From a virus (lineage: Duplodnaviria; Caudoviricetes), in IMG/VR virus record IMGVR_UViG_2162886015_000003, positions 1 through 50,338 of that record: 50,338 nucleotides of DNA; one strand, 5' to 3'. Below are positions 15,465 to 24,502 of the stretch, piece after piece. The translations under genes and the position numbers were made by a program. The notes under the pieces were generated by a model. It searched no databases. It saw only the letters and a program-made list of their open reading frames with translations, and was not told the DNA's origin. How positions within the stretch are numbered: position 1 is the first letter of the stretch; each line of letters opens with the position of its first letter.

Positions 15465-17389
15465 GGAAGTGCGCCGTAAGAGGGGTTGCCCATCGAATAG
15501 TTGATCTTGGTCGGCATATACGAGCCGTCCGCGCCGCGGGCGTCCACCTTCGTGCCCGGCAATGCGTTGTGCACCGTCACGCTGACTTGCGGAGCGGCAC
15601 CCTGAAGGGCTGCAACCTGCGCATCGTGATCGCCGCCAGCAACCGGTGCGGCCACCGGTGCAGCGCGCGTCAGACCCATTCCGGCTTCGACCTTGGAGAT
15701 GTAGTCTTGCGTCTCGGCCGGCGCACCCGCGAGGCCCGACTTGTTCAGATTCCCCTGGCCCCAGTTGTATGCAGCCAGAGCCTTGTCGAGATCGCCGCCA
15801 TTGGCCTTCAGCAGATCGCTATACATCCGGGCTGCGGCCGTGGCCGATGCATCCAGATCATTCGGATTGGTCAGCCCATACTGAGCAGCCGTCGGGTCCA
15901 TGAATCCGAAATGGCCCTTCGCGCCCTTCGGCGACAGCATGTTGACGCCGCGACCTGACTCGGCCGACCAGACACTGTCGAGCAGGCCGCTCGGGAGCTT
16001 GTATTGCGATTCGAGACGGGAAAAAAGCGCCGTCGACTGCGCATTGCGCTGGCCGGCGCCACCGGTATAGCCGTGCGCATTGCTGTCGAAGCGCGAAACG
16101 AAGTGGCCGCCGGGCGTGATCGACTTCATGAAATTCATGAAGCCGTACAAGCCGAGGCCGAGGCCGGCTAGGCCCAGCGTTCCAGCGACGACACCGCCAA
16201 TACCAGCCGCGCCAGCCGCGCCGGCGCCACCGCCGGCAGCCGCCGCACCTTCAGCACCAGCCGCTGCTGCCGCGCGCGCCGCGCCCAACTGGGCAAGCGC
16301 CTTGATTGCGGCCGGGATCGTGATCGCCGTCAGCGAGACTAGGCTCGACGTCAGGCTCAGCAGGCCGCCAATCGGACCGGCGAACGTGATGGCTGCAATG
16401 GCGATTGCGATGCCCTTCACGCCACCTATCGCCGTCACCATGTTGCCGATGTCGGTCGCGACACCCTTCCAGTCGACGCTCTTGATCCACTCGGCGATCT
16501 GCTTGAAAGCACCGCCGATGGTGTTGACGATCTGGGTCTTGTTGTCGTTGAAAAACGACGTCATCGATACGATGAAATCTTGCAGCGGCGGTGTCACCGC
16601 ATTGCCGATCGAATAGCCGAGGTTCGTCAGCGACTGCTTGAGCGAAATGATCCGGTCTTCGAACTGCTCGGCGCTCTTGATCTGCGCCGGCGACATGATC
16701 TGCCCGCTCGAGCGAGCGTTCGCGAGATCCTGCCCATACGTGCCGCGCTGGATCATCGGCAACAGACCTTCCATGCCGAGCGCGCCGGCGACATTGCGCT
16801 GCGTGACCGGGCTCCGCTGCCGCCCAATCGCCGCCATCAAACGCTGCTGCGTCGTCAGGTAGTCGATCGTGCCATCGCGATTCGCCGCGATCTGGACGCC
16901 CATGCGCTGCATAAGCATCAGTGCTTCCGGGTTTTTCCCGTATCGCGCGTCGCGGATCGTGTTTTGTGAACTCGAGATGCTCGAATCGAACTCGGATGCC
17001 GCGACTCCAGCTTTTTGCGCCGCGATGTGCCACGCCTGGAGATCGCTCGTCGACATACCGAGCGAGCGCGAGGTCTTCGAGAGCGCGAAGCCGAACGCAC
17101 CCCAATCTGTCGCCAGCCTGCCGATGCCGACCAGCGACAAAGCGCCGGTGATGGCCGTCAAGCCAGGAACGATAGACGCGATCCGGTCGGCAACGTTGCG
17201 AGCCGTGTCGGCGACCTTACCCAGTCCCTCATTCAGCTTGCCGACGCCGCTCGAGTCACCCAACGTCTTCAGCGACTTGCGCAGATTCGTGTAGGGCGCC
17301 GTGATGCCCTCGATCGAGCGGCTGATCCGGTTTGCAACCTTCGTGACGCCGTCGACCGCGCCGATGCGGATCTCGAATTTATTTGCCAT
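15461..17389 (-). CDS. Tape measure protein with C-terminal lytic transglycosylase (SLT) domain
   Basis: Helical Ala/Gly-rich region; AESG, SPKGAKG.F.FM..TA, ALAAYNWG and ETQDY SLT motifs. Confidence 0.88.
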   Translation of the reverse strand: MANKFEIRIGAVDGVTKVANRISRSIEGITAPYTNLRKSLKTLGDSSGVGKLNEGLGKVADTARNVADRIASIVPGLTAITGALSLVGIGRLATDWGAFGFALSKTSRSLGMSTSDLQAWHIAAQKAGVAASEFDSSISSSQNTIRDARYGKNPEALMLMQRMGVQIAANRDGTIDYLTTQQRLMAAIGRQRSPVTQRNVAGALGMEGLLPMIQRGTYGQDLANARSSGQIMSPAQIKSAEQFEDRIISLKQSLTNLGYSIGNAVTPPLQDFIVSMTSFFNDNKTQIVNTIGGAFKQIAEWIKSVDWKGVATDIGNMVTAIGGVKGIAIAIAAITFAGPIGGLLSLTSSLVSLTAITIPAAIKALAQLGAARAAAAAGAEGAAAAGGGAGAAGAAGIGGVVAGTLGLAGLGLGLYGFMNFMKSITPGGHFVSRFDSNAHGYTGGAGQRNAQSTALFSRLESQYKLPSGLLDSVWSAESGRGVNMLSPKGAKGHFGFMDPTAAQYGLTNPNDLDASATAAARMYSDLLKANGGDLDKALAAYNWGQGNLNKSGLAGAPAETQDYISKVEAGMGLTRAAPVAAPVAGGDHDAQVAALQGAAPQVSVTVHNALPGTKVDARGADGSYMPTKINYSMGNPSYGALP

Positions 17390-17534
17390 TTTCTTGGATC
17401 ATCTGGTCGGCATGTCGCGCCCAGCGCTCGACATCGCTCCACGTCAATTTCGCGACTTCCTGCGGAGACCACCCGTAAAACTTGGCGGTCGTCGCGACTA
17501 CGAATTCCCAGTTGCTAGGGAGCCGCTGCTCGGA
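17379..17534 (-). CDS. -1 frameshift extension of the tail assembly chaperone (gpE'/gpT-like)
   Basis: The -1 frame after the T7C run reads SEQRLPSNWEFVVATTAKFYGWSPQEVAKLTWSDVERWARHADQMIQENGK*, ending over the tape measure start. Confidence 0.8.
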   Translation of the reverse strand, partial: SEQRLPSNWEFVVATTAKFYGWSPQEVAKLTWSDVERWARHADQMIQENGK

Positions 17535-17842
17535 AAAAAAGCCTGAATGAACTCCTGTGCCTCATTCCAGTCGCGAGCACCCATCTGGCCGATCACCGTC
17601 GGCAACATGCCCGAGACGAGCGCCACGAAATAACGCATCGCGTCGATTTCGTTGGTGCCTTTCAGCTTCTTGATGAACTTCTCGATTTCGTCGACCGTCG
17701 GCTCGCGCAGGGTGATCTCGTCATACTTGATCTGATCAGCGCCGCCGCCGATCGTGATCGTCTTGCGCAGGGCAATCGTCTTTTCAGCCGGTAATTCGAC
17801 CGGCTGAGTTTTTTCGTTTTCGTCGATGTCGTTCATGATCAA
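17498..17842 (-). CDS. Tail assembly chaperone (Mu gp41-like)
   Basis: ITLREPTV motif; located between tube and tape measure; slippery TTTTTTTC near its end. Confidence 0.85.
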   Translation of the reverse strand: MIMNDIDENEKTQPVELPAEKTIALRKTITIGGGADQIKYDEITLREPTVDEIEKFIKKLKGTNEIDAMRYFVALVSGMLPTVIGQMGARDWNEAQEFIQAFFPSSGSLATGNS

Positions 17843-18207
17843 TTTTCAGTCACACTTTGCGATTCCCATTTGACTTCGAAGGTGCCGTCTTCCGTCTTCA
17901 CCTCCTGCGTCTCCACCGTCCACATGTTTCGGCCGATGATGATTTTGCCGTTCGCCAACTGACAGACCACAGTCACGTTGGTCATGGCATTGAAAGTGGC
18001 CACCGACATGTTGCTGGCATCGCGGAAAGTCCCGGAAATCATTCCGGATTCCGGCATCTCCTTGTAACCATGCACCGTGTCCTGACCCTTCAGCGTCTCG
18101 CGCGTGACGGTCGATGGGCGATAGGTGAAATCGCCCGACAGCAGGTAATTGACGCCGTCGACAGTGACCGTCGCAATCCCCGCCAACCTGTTTGTGTTGT
18201 CTGCCAA
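17839..18207 (-). CDS. Tail tube protein (Mu gpM-like)
   Basis: RLAG.A...VDG, GQD.VHGYKE.P and LANGK motifs; TTG start with GGAGA RBS. Confidence 0.9.
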   Translation of the reverse strand: MADNTNRLAGIATVTVDGVNYLLSGDFTYRPSTVTRETLKGQDTVHGYKEMPESGMISGTFRDASNMSVATFNAMTNVTVVCQLANGKIIIGRNMWTVETQEVKTEDGTFEVKWESQSVTEN

Positions 18208-18225
18208 GATGGCTCTCCAGAATGC

Positions 18226-18247
18226 AAAAAAGCCGCCCGAAGGCGGC
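18226..18247 (-). terminator. Intrinsic terminator
   Basis: GCCGCC-CGAA-GGCGGC hairpin plus T6. Confidence 0.7.
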
Positions 18248-18266
18248 CTCTCAAGGTTGAATTGCG

Positions 18267-19745
18267 TTAGCTGTTCCGGAACAGAGCCAGCAAGGCGAAT
18301 ACGTTCAGCTGATCGATCAGGATCGCGTCATACAGCACGTCGACACGGTTCGGATTGTTCGCGTTGATCTGGACGATCAGGCCGGCCGCGAATGCTGCGG
18401 CTTGCTGCACGAAACCATTGAACTGCATCGTGTTGTACTGGGCGATCAGGTCAGCCCGGATGATCACTGGCGTGACGATGTTCGAACCCGGCGCAAACAC
18501 AGTGCCGTTGGCTGCCAACTTCGAGCGGGCATACTTGCTCGTCACCAGCGATTGCAACTGCCGCAGCACGTACATCAGCAGGAACATCGTGTTCAACTGC
18601 AGGTAGCTGTTGTCGGCCACCCCGAACGAGTTCAACTGGTACGTGGTGATCGTGCCTTCCAGATGCACCTGGTTGGACGCGTCGACCGTGAACGTCGAGA
18701 TACCGTCATACAGCAACGTGTTGCGTGCCGACAGCAGGAAGCGCGATTGCAGCGGGGGCGCCAGAACGTCCTGCAGAACCAGCGTCTGGAGCGGCTGACC
18801 CGGGTCAGCACGAACGCTGATCGCCGCCTGGGCCGCGTAAGCTGCTGCAACCTTCCAGTTCGGCGTCGGCGAATCGTAGAACCCGAGGATCGACGCGTGC
18901 TGATCGTTGCGGGTCACGCCGAACGTGCCGAGCGCAGCCGACGTGCCGCGGTACGCGCAGAACATATGGCCGTAGATCTGAACCGACCAGCTCCACCGAC
19001 CAGATACGTCATTCAGGAACGCTTGCATCGCGTTGAGCGACGTTGCATCCGTGTAGGGCATGGCGATGAAGTCGAACGACAGATCGACCAGGTTCGCGAG
19101 GCCGCTCGTCAGCACCGGGTTGACCGCACCGTTCGCCATCGCCGTGATGGTGTACGCCAGGCCAGCCGGCGTCACTTCGCCAGACGCAACGCCGAGGTAG
19201 TTGACGCGAATGTCGATGTCGTTCGCCGCGGCGCACTTGTTCTTGCCGGTGATCGTCACCGTGGTAGTGGCGGATGTTGCCGTGACAGCAAGATCCGTGT
19301 TCGCGTTGATCGACGCAGCGACCGCCGCAGCGATCTGCGTGGTCGTCATCGAGGCCGTGATCGTCGTCAGGACGCGAATACCACCGATGTACAGATAGAG
19401 CACACCGGTTGCTGTCGCGGCCGACGTGAAGGCGATCGTGCCAGTGGCGGCGACGGCCGCGCCGTCATCGGCCAGCGGCAGACACCACACCTCGCCGAAC
19501 GTATCGTTCTGGCGGTAGGTATAGAGCATTTGCGCCAGCATCGAGCCTTGACCGTACTTGGTCTTGGCATCGCTGACACCCTGCGAGATCGTCGGGATGC
19601 CGGCGGTTCCGGTCCCGGCGCTCATCATGTTGCCGATCAGCAGCGCACGCTGGTTTTGCGTCGCCGTATTCGCGTTCGAGTTATTGACCTCGGCGAAGAA
19701 CAGCGGCGTGCGAAGTGTCGAGGGAATCTGTTGAAAAGGAATCAC
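18267..19745 (-). CDS. Tail sheath protein (Mu gpL-like)
   Basis: IP..LR.PLF.AE.NNS.A, GSML..M, GRWSW..Q.YGH, LLYDGIST and NPNRVDVL motifs. Confidence 0.95.
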   Translation of the reverse strand: MIPFQQIPSTLRTPLFFAEVNNSNANTATQNQRALLIGNMMSAGTGTAGIPTISQGVSDAKTKYGQGSMLAQMLYTYRQNDTFGEVWCLPLADDGAAVAATGTIAFTSAATATGVLYLYIGGIRVLTTITASMTTTQIAAAVAASINANTDLAVTATSATTTVTITGKNKCAAANDIDIRVNYLGVASGEVTPAGLAYTITAMANGAVNPVLTSGLANLVDLSFDFIAMPYTDATSLNAMQAFLNDVSGRWSWSVQIYGHMFCAYRGTSAALGTFGVTRNDQHASILGFYDSPTPNWKVAAAYAAQAAISVRADPGQPLQTLVLQDVLAPPLQSRFLLSARNTLLYDGISTFTVDASNQVHLEGTITTYQLNSFGVADNSYLQLNTMFLLMYVLRQLQSLVTSKYARSKLAANGTVFAPGSNIVTPVIIRADLIAQYNTMQFNGFVQQAAAFAAGLIVQINANNPNRVDVLYDAILIDQLNVFALLALFRNS

Positions 19746-19936
19746 TCGACACCCCCATCATTCTTTTTGCTCGAAGCCAATGCCGGCGACTTCGGCGGGG
19801 TCGTTGTGACGTCCCCATGGTTGATCATCATGGCCCAGTGCATGTCGTTTTCCGACACCTCGTGACCATCGTTCGGGATGTGCTGCATCGTTACCGGGTC
19901 TCGCACAAGGAGACCAGGTTTCGGATAAACCTTCAT
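19742..19936 (-). CDS. DUF2635 (Mu gp38-like) small tail protein
   Basis: V.PKPG..VRDP......P..G..V....W....GDV pattern; upstream of the sheath gene. Confidence 0.85.
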   Translation of the reverse strand: MKVYPKPGLLVRDPVTMQHIPNDGHEVSENDMHWAMMINHGDVTTTPPKSPALASSKKNDGGVE

Positions 19937-19948
19937 GGGTGGAACTCC

Positions 19949-20497
19949 TTACTGCGGCAGGGAGAAAGTCTGTGACGGCTGCGTAGTGCCGGCCGGTTCG
20001 GTGATGGTTGTGGTGACGGTCTGGAACGGAACTGCGGCGCTCGGGCTTACCGGCGAGTCCTCAATCGGATCGATGTCGACCGAGTACTCAAGGCCAAAAT
20101 CAAGCTGCACTTCGCCGATGTGCTGACGCCCTTCGCTCGACACGCCCATGTCGGTCTCGACGTAGGCGATGCGGGACACGTTCTGCAAAATCGCCTGGCA
20201 CGTGAGAATTGCCAGTTCGATCTCTTCGCAGAAATCGTCGAGCTGGGATTCGACAGACTCGGCTGTTGCGCCCTGTATGCGGCCGACTATCGACAGCCGC
20301 GCAGTCGCTATGAACTGCGGCACCTGCGAATGCCCGCGCGCGTCTTTTCGCTCCCGATAGGCCTGCACGAGAATTGCCGGATACGTCCCGGTATTCGTCG
20401 GCCAGTCCCGCGGCACAAACACGTTTGCACCTGCGAGCGTGTTTGCAGCGACGAGTTGAGCCGCCGCGGTATCGCGGAGCTGCGCACGGTAGAGCAT
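19949..20497 (-). CDS. Tail terminator/completion-like protein
   Basis: Position between head and sheath genes; R.WP....PAILV motif. Confidence 0.6.
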   Translation of the reverse strand: MLYRAQLRDTAAAQLVAANTLAGANVFVPRDWPTNTGTYPAILVQAYRERKDARGHSQVPQFIATARLSIVGRIQGATAESVESQLDDFCEEIELAILTCQAILQNVSRIAYVETDMGVSSEGRQHIGEVQLDFGLEYSVDIDPIEDSPVSPSAAVPFQTVTTTITEPAGTTQPSQTFSLPQ

Positions 20498-20501
20498 GGA
20501 A

Positions 20502-20843
20502 TTACCCGATGAAATTCAGCTTGAGATAGGCGGTGCCCTGCCCGTCGGGCCGAACATCCTTGACGATGAACGTCTCGAAGACTTTGCTTACGGGGTTGAT
20601 GAAGCCGAGCCGATCACCCTGTTGGGGCTGAAGCCCGCCAGGGAATGCGGAGTACTGCACCCCTAGCGTCGGATCGGTGACCGTCGACGGCACAGCCTCG
20701 CCGAGCGAATCCTCGGTAACCGCACCTTCGGTGTAGTTGCCTGTCAGCGAAAATGACTGGCCACCGACCGTCGTGTAAGTGACGGACTCGCCAAACACAT
20801 TCGTGACCGGCGAGCCCACCACTGCATCCCAGTCGATGGCCAT
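20502..20843 (-). CDS. Head-tail joining protein
   Basis: FGE.V.Y, P.QGD and V.DVRPDG.G motifs; follows the capsid gene. Confidence 0.7.
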   Translation of the reverse strand: MAIDWDAVVGSPVTNVFGESVTYTTVGGQSFSLTGNYTEGAVTEDSLGEAVPSTVTDPTLGVQYSAFPGGLQPQQGDRLGFINPVSKVFETFIVKDVRPDGQGTAYLKLNFIG

Positions 20844-20846
20844 GTC

Positions 20847-21884
20847 TTACGCTTCCGATCGACCCGACTGCAGCACTTCCGGACGAACACAGATGTGAAG
20901 CGGGTACGAGGAAACCTCGAGTTTTACCCACTCGTTGCGGTCACGATCGTAGATGGGGATCACATACACCGGCTTGCCCGGTGTGTTGACCCACTGGAAC
21001 GACTCGCCCGGGGCCAGCGCGCGGCGGAAGATGCCGGGGGCGTTGATCGGGAAGAACTTGACCTTATCATCCGGGATTTTGATGGTCGTGTTGTCGTCCG
21101 AACCGCGGTAGTTCAGCCACAGGATGCCGCCGAACTCGAACGCGGTGAACGCGCCACCGGAGTTGCCGCCGCGAATTTCCTTCGCGTCGCTCCAGTTGAT
21201 AAACGTCCGGATCACGTCCGGGTGGTTCACGAACTGGTCGTAGAAGACGTCGCCGCACAGAGCGACAATCTTCGTGCTCGGCGTGAATGCGCCCTGCGCC
21301 TTACGCGCCATCGTGCGTGTGATCTGGTTGCAGATCGGACGCAGGGTGTTCTGCGTGCCTGCCGCTAGATTGAAGCCGACCTCAGTCGGGCGCGTGATAC
21401 CGAACTCCTGGAACCAGTCATACCGGACGGTGCCGTCGCTGTCGGTGAACAGGCCCTGCACGGCTGCGAGACGCTGGTATTCCCAGGTGTACTCGATGTT
21501 TTTGAGCAAACCCGTCGGGCCGGCGAGACGACGTGCAACTTCATCCTGAACCTGCATCAGCTCCGACTCCGTACCGAACGCGCGGATGTTCTGCAGTTCG
21601 TTCGCGTAGATCGTGTCGGCATGGCGAAGACGCGGCACATCGAAGTAACGCGCCTGACGCTTTTCGGTCTGACGCTGCGTGCCCGCCTCGCCGCGCTCGC
21701 TCAGCGGAAGCACGATGAGTTGCCCCTGGCGCTGTTCAACCACGAGCGCCGTCGTGCGGATGGGGTCGTCGTCGAAAATCTTCATCTCGCCGAGCGCTTG
21801 CGGCTCGTACGGGTACTTGTCGACGGCCGCAGTCAGCGTAACGGTCGAGAACGCGTCCTGGTTGAAAATGTCAAGTGATGCCAT
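20847..21884 (-). CDS. Major capsid protein (lambda gpE family)
   Basis: D.FS..TLTAA, IRAFG.E.E, T.EY.R..A..G, F.FGGI.W.NYRG and S.PL..C.RP.VL motifs. Confidence 0.93.
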   Translation of the reverse strand: MASLDIFNQDAFSTVTLTAAVDKYPYEPQALGEMKIFDDDPIRTTALVVEQRQGQLIVLPLSERGEAGTQRQTEKRQARYFDVPRLRHADTIYANELQNIRAFGTESELMQVQDEVARRLAGPTGLLKNIEYTWEYQRLAAVQGLFTDSDGTVRYDWFQEFGITRPTEVGFNLAAGTQNTLRPICNQITRTMARKAQGAFTPSTKIVALCGDVFYDQFVNHPDVIRTFINWSDAKEIRGGNSGGAFTAFEFGGILWLNYRGSDDNTTIKIPDDKVKFFPINAPGIFRRALAPGESFQWVNTPGKPVYVIPIYDRDRNEWVKLEVSSYPLHICVRPEVLQSGRSEA

Positions 21885-21906
21885 GTGAACGGCTCCTTCA
21901 GAAATG

Positions 21907-21927
21907 AAAAAGCCGCCCGGAGGCGGC
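21907..21927 (-). terminator. Intrinsic terminator
   Basis: GCCGCC-CGGA-GGCGGC hairpin plus T5. Confidence 0.65.
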
Positions 21928-21950
21928 CTTGAATTCGGTGGGTAGGGGGA

Positions 21951-22880
21951 TTAACGCGGGATGATTCCGGCTGCCGTGAGCAGTACGAGAGCCGCAGCTT
22001 GAGAGGCCGCGTTCATCGACGAATCCCACACGAGTTCGGACTTGTTCACTTCGCACGAGCGCACAACCATCGCGCCCATGACGTCGTTCAGCGATGCATC
22101 CGACAGGCCGAAGCAGATGCCGGCGGCATTCTGCGAGCCATCGACTGCCGTTGCCGTGCAGGGCACCCACTTACCGGCGCCGCCCGCAACCGTGACCGTG
22201 AACGAGTCGCCCGGCACGAATGCGGTACCGCCGGCCGTGATCGTGAAATTCAGGCCGCCGGCCGAGAACGCAACGCCGGTCGTTCCATGGCCGACTTCCT
22301 GACCGTTCGGCGCCGACACGATGAAGTGAGTCGCATCGTCGAACTCGACCGCATAGACGCCGAGCGTCGGCGCATAGCCGGTCGTCGTAACCGCGCTCGA
22401 CGTGCCGTTACCGACGTTCGAGCCGCCAGCCACTGCGGCCGCAGTCGGCTTGCCGACAACTGCCGTAGTCGTGATGGCGAACGTGTCGCCCGCAGCAAAC
22501 GCGGTGCCGCCAGCGGTGATCGTGAAGCCGATACCGAGAGCGGAGAACGCGACGCCGGTCGAGCCCGTCGCGGTCGCGCCGCTCGGCGCCGTGACCGTGA
22601 ATGCCGTGGCGGCCGTGAACAGAACCGAGTACACGCCGATTTGCGTCGGGACGGTGACCGGGGTGATCGCGCCGAACGTGCCGTTACCGGTGTTCGTGCC
22701 GAGGGCTGCGGCGACAGCGGCCGCGCCAGTCGTTTGCTGGCCCATCACAGTGCCCGGATAAACCTTGGTTGCGCCCGAGATCAGAACGCGATCGATGTGG
22801 CGGTGGCCCCGCGGCTGCGAGACCAGAAAGCCACCTGGGTGCCATTGCTCGAAGAGCGGAGCGCGAGAAACGTATGTCAT
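21951..22880 (-). CDS. Head decoration protein with two tandem inserted beta-rich domains
   Basis: N-terminal GTVMG and C-terminal DGSQNAAGI...R..EV...L.W...L...GII.R; two approximately 75-aa internal repeats. Confidence 0.85.
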   Translation of the reverse strand: MTYVSRAPLFEQWHPGGFLVSQPRGHRHIDRVLISGATKVYPGTVMGQQTTGAAAVAAALGTNTGNGTFGAITPVTVPTQIGVYSVLFTAATAFTVTAPSGATATGSTGVAFSALGIGFTITAGGTAFAAGDTFAITTTAVVGKPTAAAVAGGSNVGNGTSSAVTTTGYAPTLGVYAVEFDDATHFIVSAPNGQEVGHGTTGVAFSAGGLNFTITAGGTAFVPGDSFTVTVAGGAGKWVPCTATAVDGSQNAAGICFGLSDASLNDVMGAMVVRSCEVNKSELVWDSSMNAASQAAALVLLTAAGIIPR

Positions 22881-22910
22881 GATCAGAGATCCTTGGAGAT
22901 GGTGAGAGGA

Positions 22911-23597
22911 TTACCGCTTGCCGGTGACCTTCGCGAACGAACGATCCCAGCCGGCACTAGCAGCGGCAGCCGGATTGCGATGCATCTCGCCACCAGCCCC
23001 GAGGCTCGGATTACGCGCCTGACGCCCTTGGCCGGGTTGAACTGCAGCGGGAGCTGAGCGCAGTACGGCGATTGCTTCCTGACGCGGCATGCGCGTATTG
23101 AACGCAAGGTTTGCGGCCATCTCAGGATTGCGAGCAGCAGCCTTGCACGCGAAGATCGCGGCGCAACGCGCCTGCTCACGACGACGGGCCTTGGCGACTG
23201 CGCTTTTGCCGCGCATCTCTTCGTCCTCGTCGTCTTCGTCTTCTTCAGCCTTGGCGCGCTTGCCTGACTTTTGACCGTCGTCGCCCTGATCGTCGTCATC
23301 GTCCTCGGACGCATAGTCCTTAGTTTCGTCGCCGTCCTCGGACTTGGCCTTCTTGCCAGATTTCTGGCCGTCGTCGCCCTGATCGTCCTCGTCGTCTTCA
23401 GCGGCCTTGGCCTTCTTCGACTTTTTGGCGTCGCCGTCGTCGCGATTGCGATCGGTGTTTTCTTCCTCGTCGTCGCTATCGCCCTCGGCGCGCGCGTCTT
23501 TCTTTTCTTCGTCGTCTTCGGCTTTGGCTGCTTTAGCGGACAGGCCGCCAAGATGGGCGAAATTCAGCCCGCGCGCCGCAAGGGAACGGATGCTCAT
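22911..23597 (-). CDS. Scaffold-like acidic protein
   Basis: D/E/K-rich; DDQGDDGQKSGK repeated twice (20-bp DNA repeats at 23275 and 23368); ARRREQARCAAIF motif; between protease and decoration genes. Confidence 0.75.
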   Translation of the reverse strand: MSIRSLAARGLNFAHLGGLSAKAAKAEDDEEKKDARAEGDSDDEEENTDRNRDDGDAKKSKKAKAAEDDEDDQGDDGQKSGKKAKSEDGDETKDYASEDDDDDQGDDGQKSGKRAKAEEDEDDEDEEMRGKSAVAKARRREQARCAAIFACKAAARNPEMAANLAFNTRMPRQEAIAVLRSAPAAVQPGQGRQARNPSLGAGGEMHRNPAAAASAGWDRSFAKVTGKR

Positions 23598-23623
23598 TGA
23601 TACCTCTAGGGGTTTGGGAAATG

Positions 23624-24502
23624 TCAGCCCAGCTCAGCGAGCAGGGATTCGAATGCTTCGTCCGGCGACATCACTGCGTCAGCGAAGCCGATCTCGACGC
23701 CGGCGGCGCCGAGAAAGGTGGTTGCCTGCGTCTTTCGAACGACGTCAGCAGACAGATTGCGGTTGCGTGCGACCGTGGTCACGAAGAGCTCGCCCATCTC
23801 GTCCACATCATCCTGAAATCGCTTCAGGGCTTCTTTGGAAAGCGGGTTGAAATTGTTGCCGTCGGCCTTGCGGTCGCCATACTTGATGATCGTCACGGCC
23901 ATGCCGGCGTTGGCGATCGCCTTACTCTGGTCGATGTGCATGCAGATCACGCCCACCGACCCGGTTCCGCCGGTGCGCGGAACGGTGATTTGCTCGCATG
24001 CGCTAGCCAGCGCATAGGCCGCGCTGTACGCGCACTCACTCAGGATCGCGAGCGTTGGCTTGACGCTTCGAGCGTTGTAGATCATGTCGACAAGGTCGAA
24101 ACACCCGGCCACCTCACCGCCCGGCGAGTCGATCGACAGGGCGATTGCCTTGACGGCCTTATCGTTGAGAGCCGCGAGGAAGTTGTGGCGGATTGCGTTG
24201 TATCCCAACATCCCCGAGTACGGCCGCAAGTTGCTGCTCTTCTGTACGAGAGTGCCCGACACATCGATTACCGCGACGCCCTGGCTGAGATCGTATGGCG
24301 TCTCCTCGTATGAACTCGAAGAGCCTTCATCCCACTCGTCATAGGCCATTGGCTTGATAACGACTGGCGCGTCGCCGGCAAACGAGATGTCGCCGATTCC
24401 GAACCGGCTAGCGAGCGCCTTCGCAATCACCTGCCCCTTCGACGGATGGATCGCCAGCGGCACATCGAAGATCCGCGCCGCTGCAAATGGATAGCTTTTC
24501 AT
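23624..24502 (-). CDS. S49 prohead protease (lambda gpC-like)
   Basis: IDSPGG, AYSAAYALASA, GSVGV and K..GN motifs. Confidence 0.93.
   Translation of the reverse strand: MKSYPFAAARIFDVPLAIHPSKGQVIAKALASRFGIGDISFAGDAPVVIKPMAYDEWDEGSSSSYEETPYDLSQGVAVIDVSGTLVQKSSNLRPYSGMLGYNAIRHNFLAALNDKAVKAIALSIDSPGGEVAGCFDLVDMIYNARSVKPTLAILSECAYSAAYALASACEQITVPRTGGTGSVGVICMHIDQSKAIANAGMAVTIIKYGDRKADGNNFNPLSKEALKRFQDDVDEMGELFVTTVARNRNLSADVVRKTQATTFLGAAGVEIGFADAVMSPDEAFESLLAELG

Noticed and set aside
18402-19865. 487-aa plus-strand ORF (and similar ORFs at 21999-23057, 26784-27803 and 45303-46679)
   Set aside because: Antisense shadows of well-supported genes, as expected in high-GC DNA; no motifs.
22883-23551. 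222-aa alternative-frame ORF over the scaffold gene
   Set aside because: Its Thr/Lys/Arg-rich composition is the frameshifted read of Asp/Glu codons. It has no domain or RBS, unlike the nested methyltransferase ORF.
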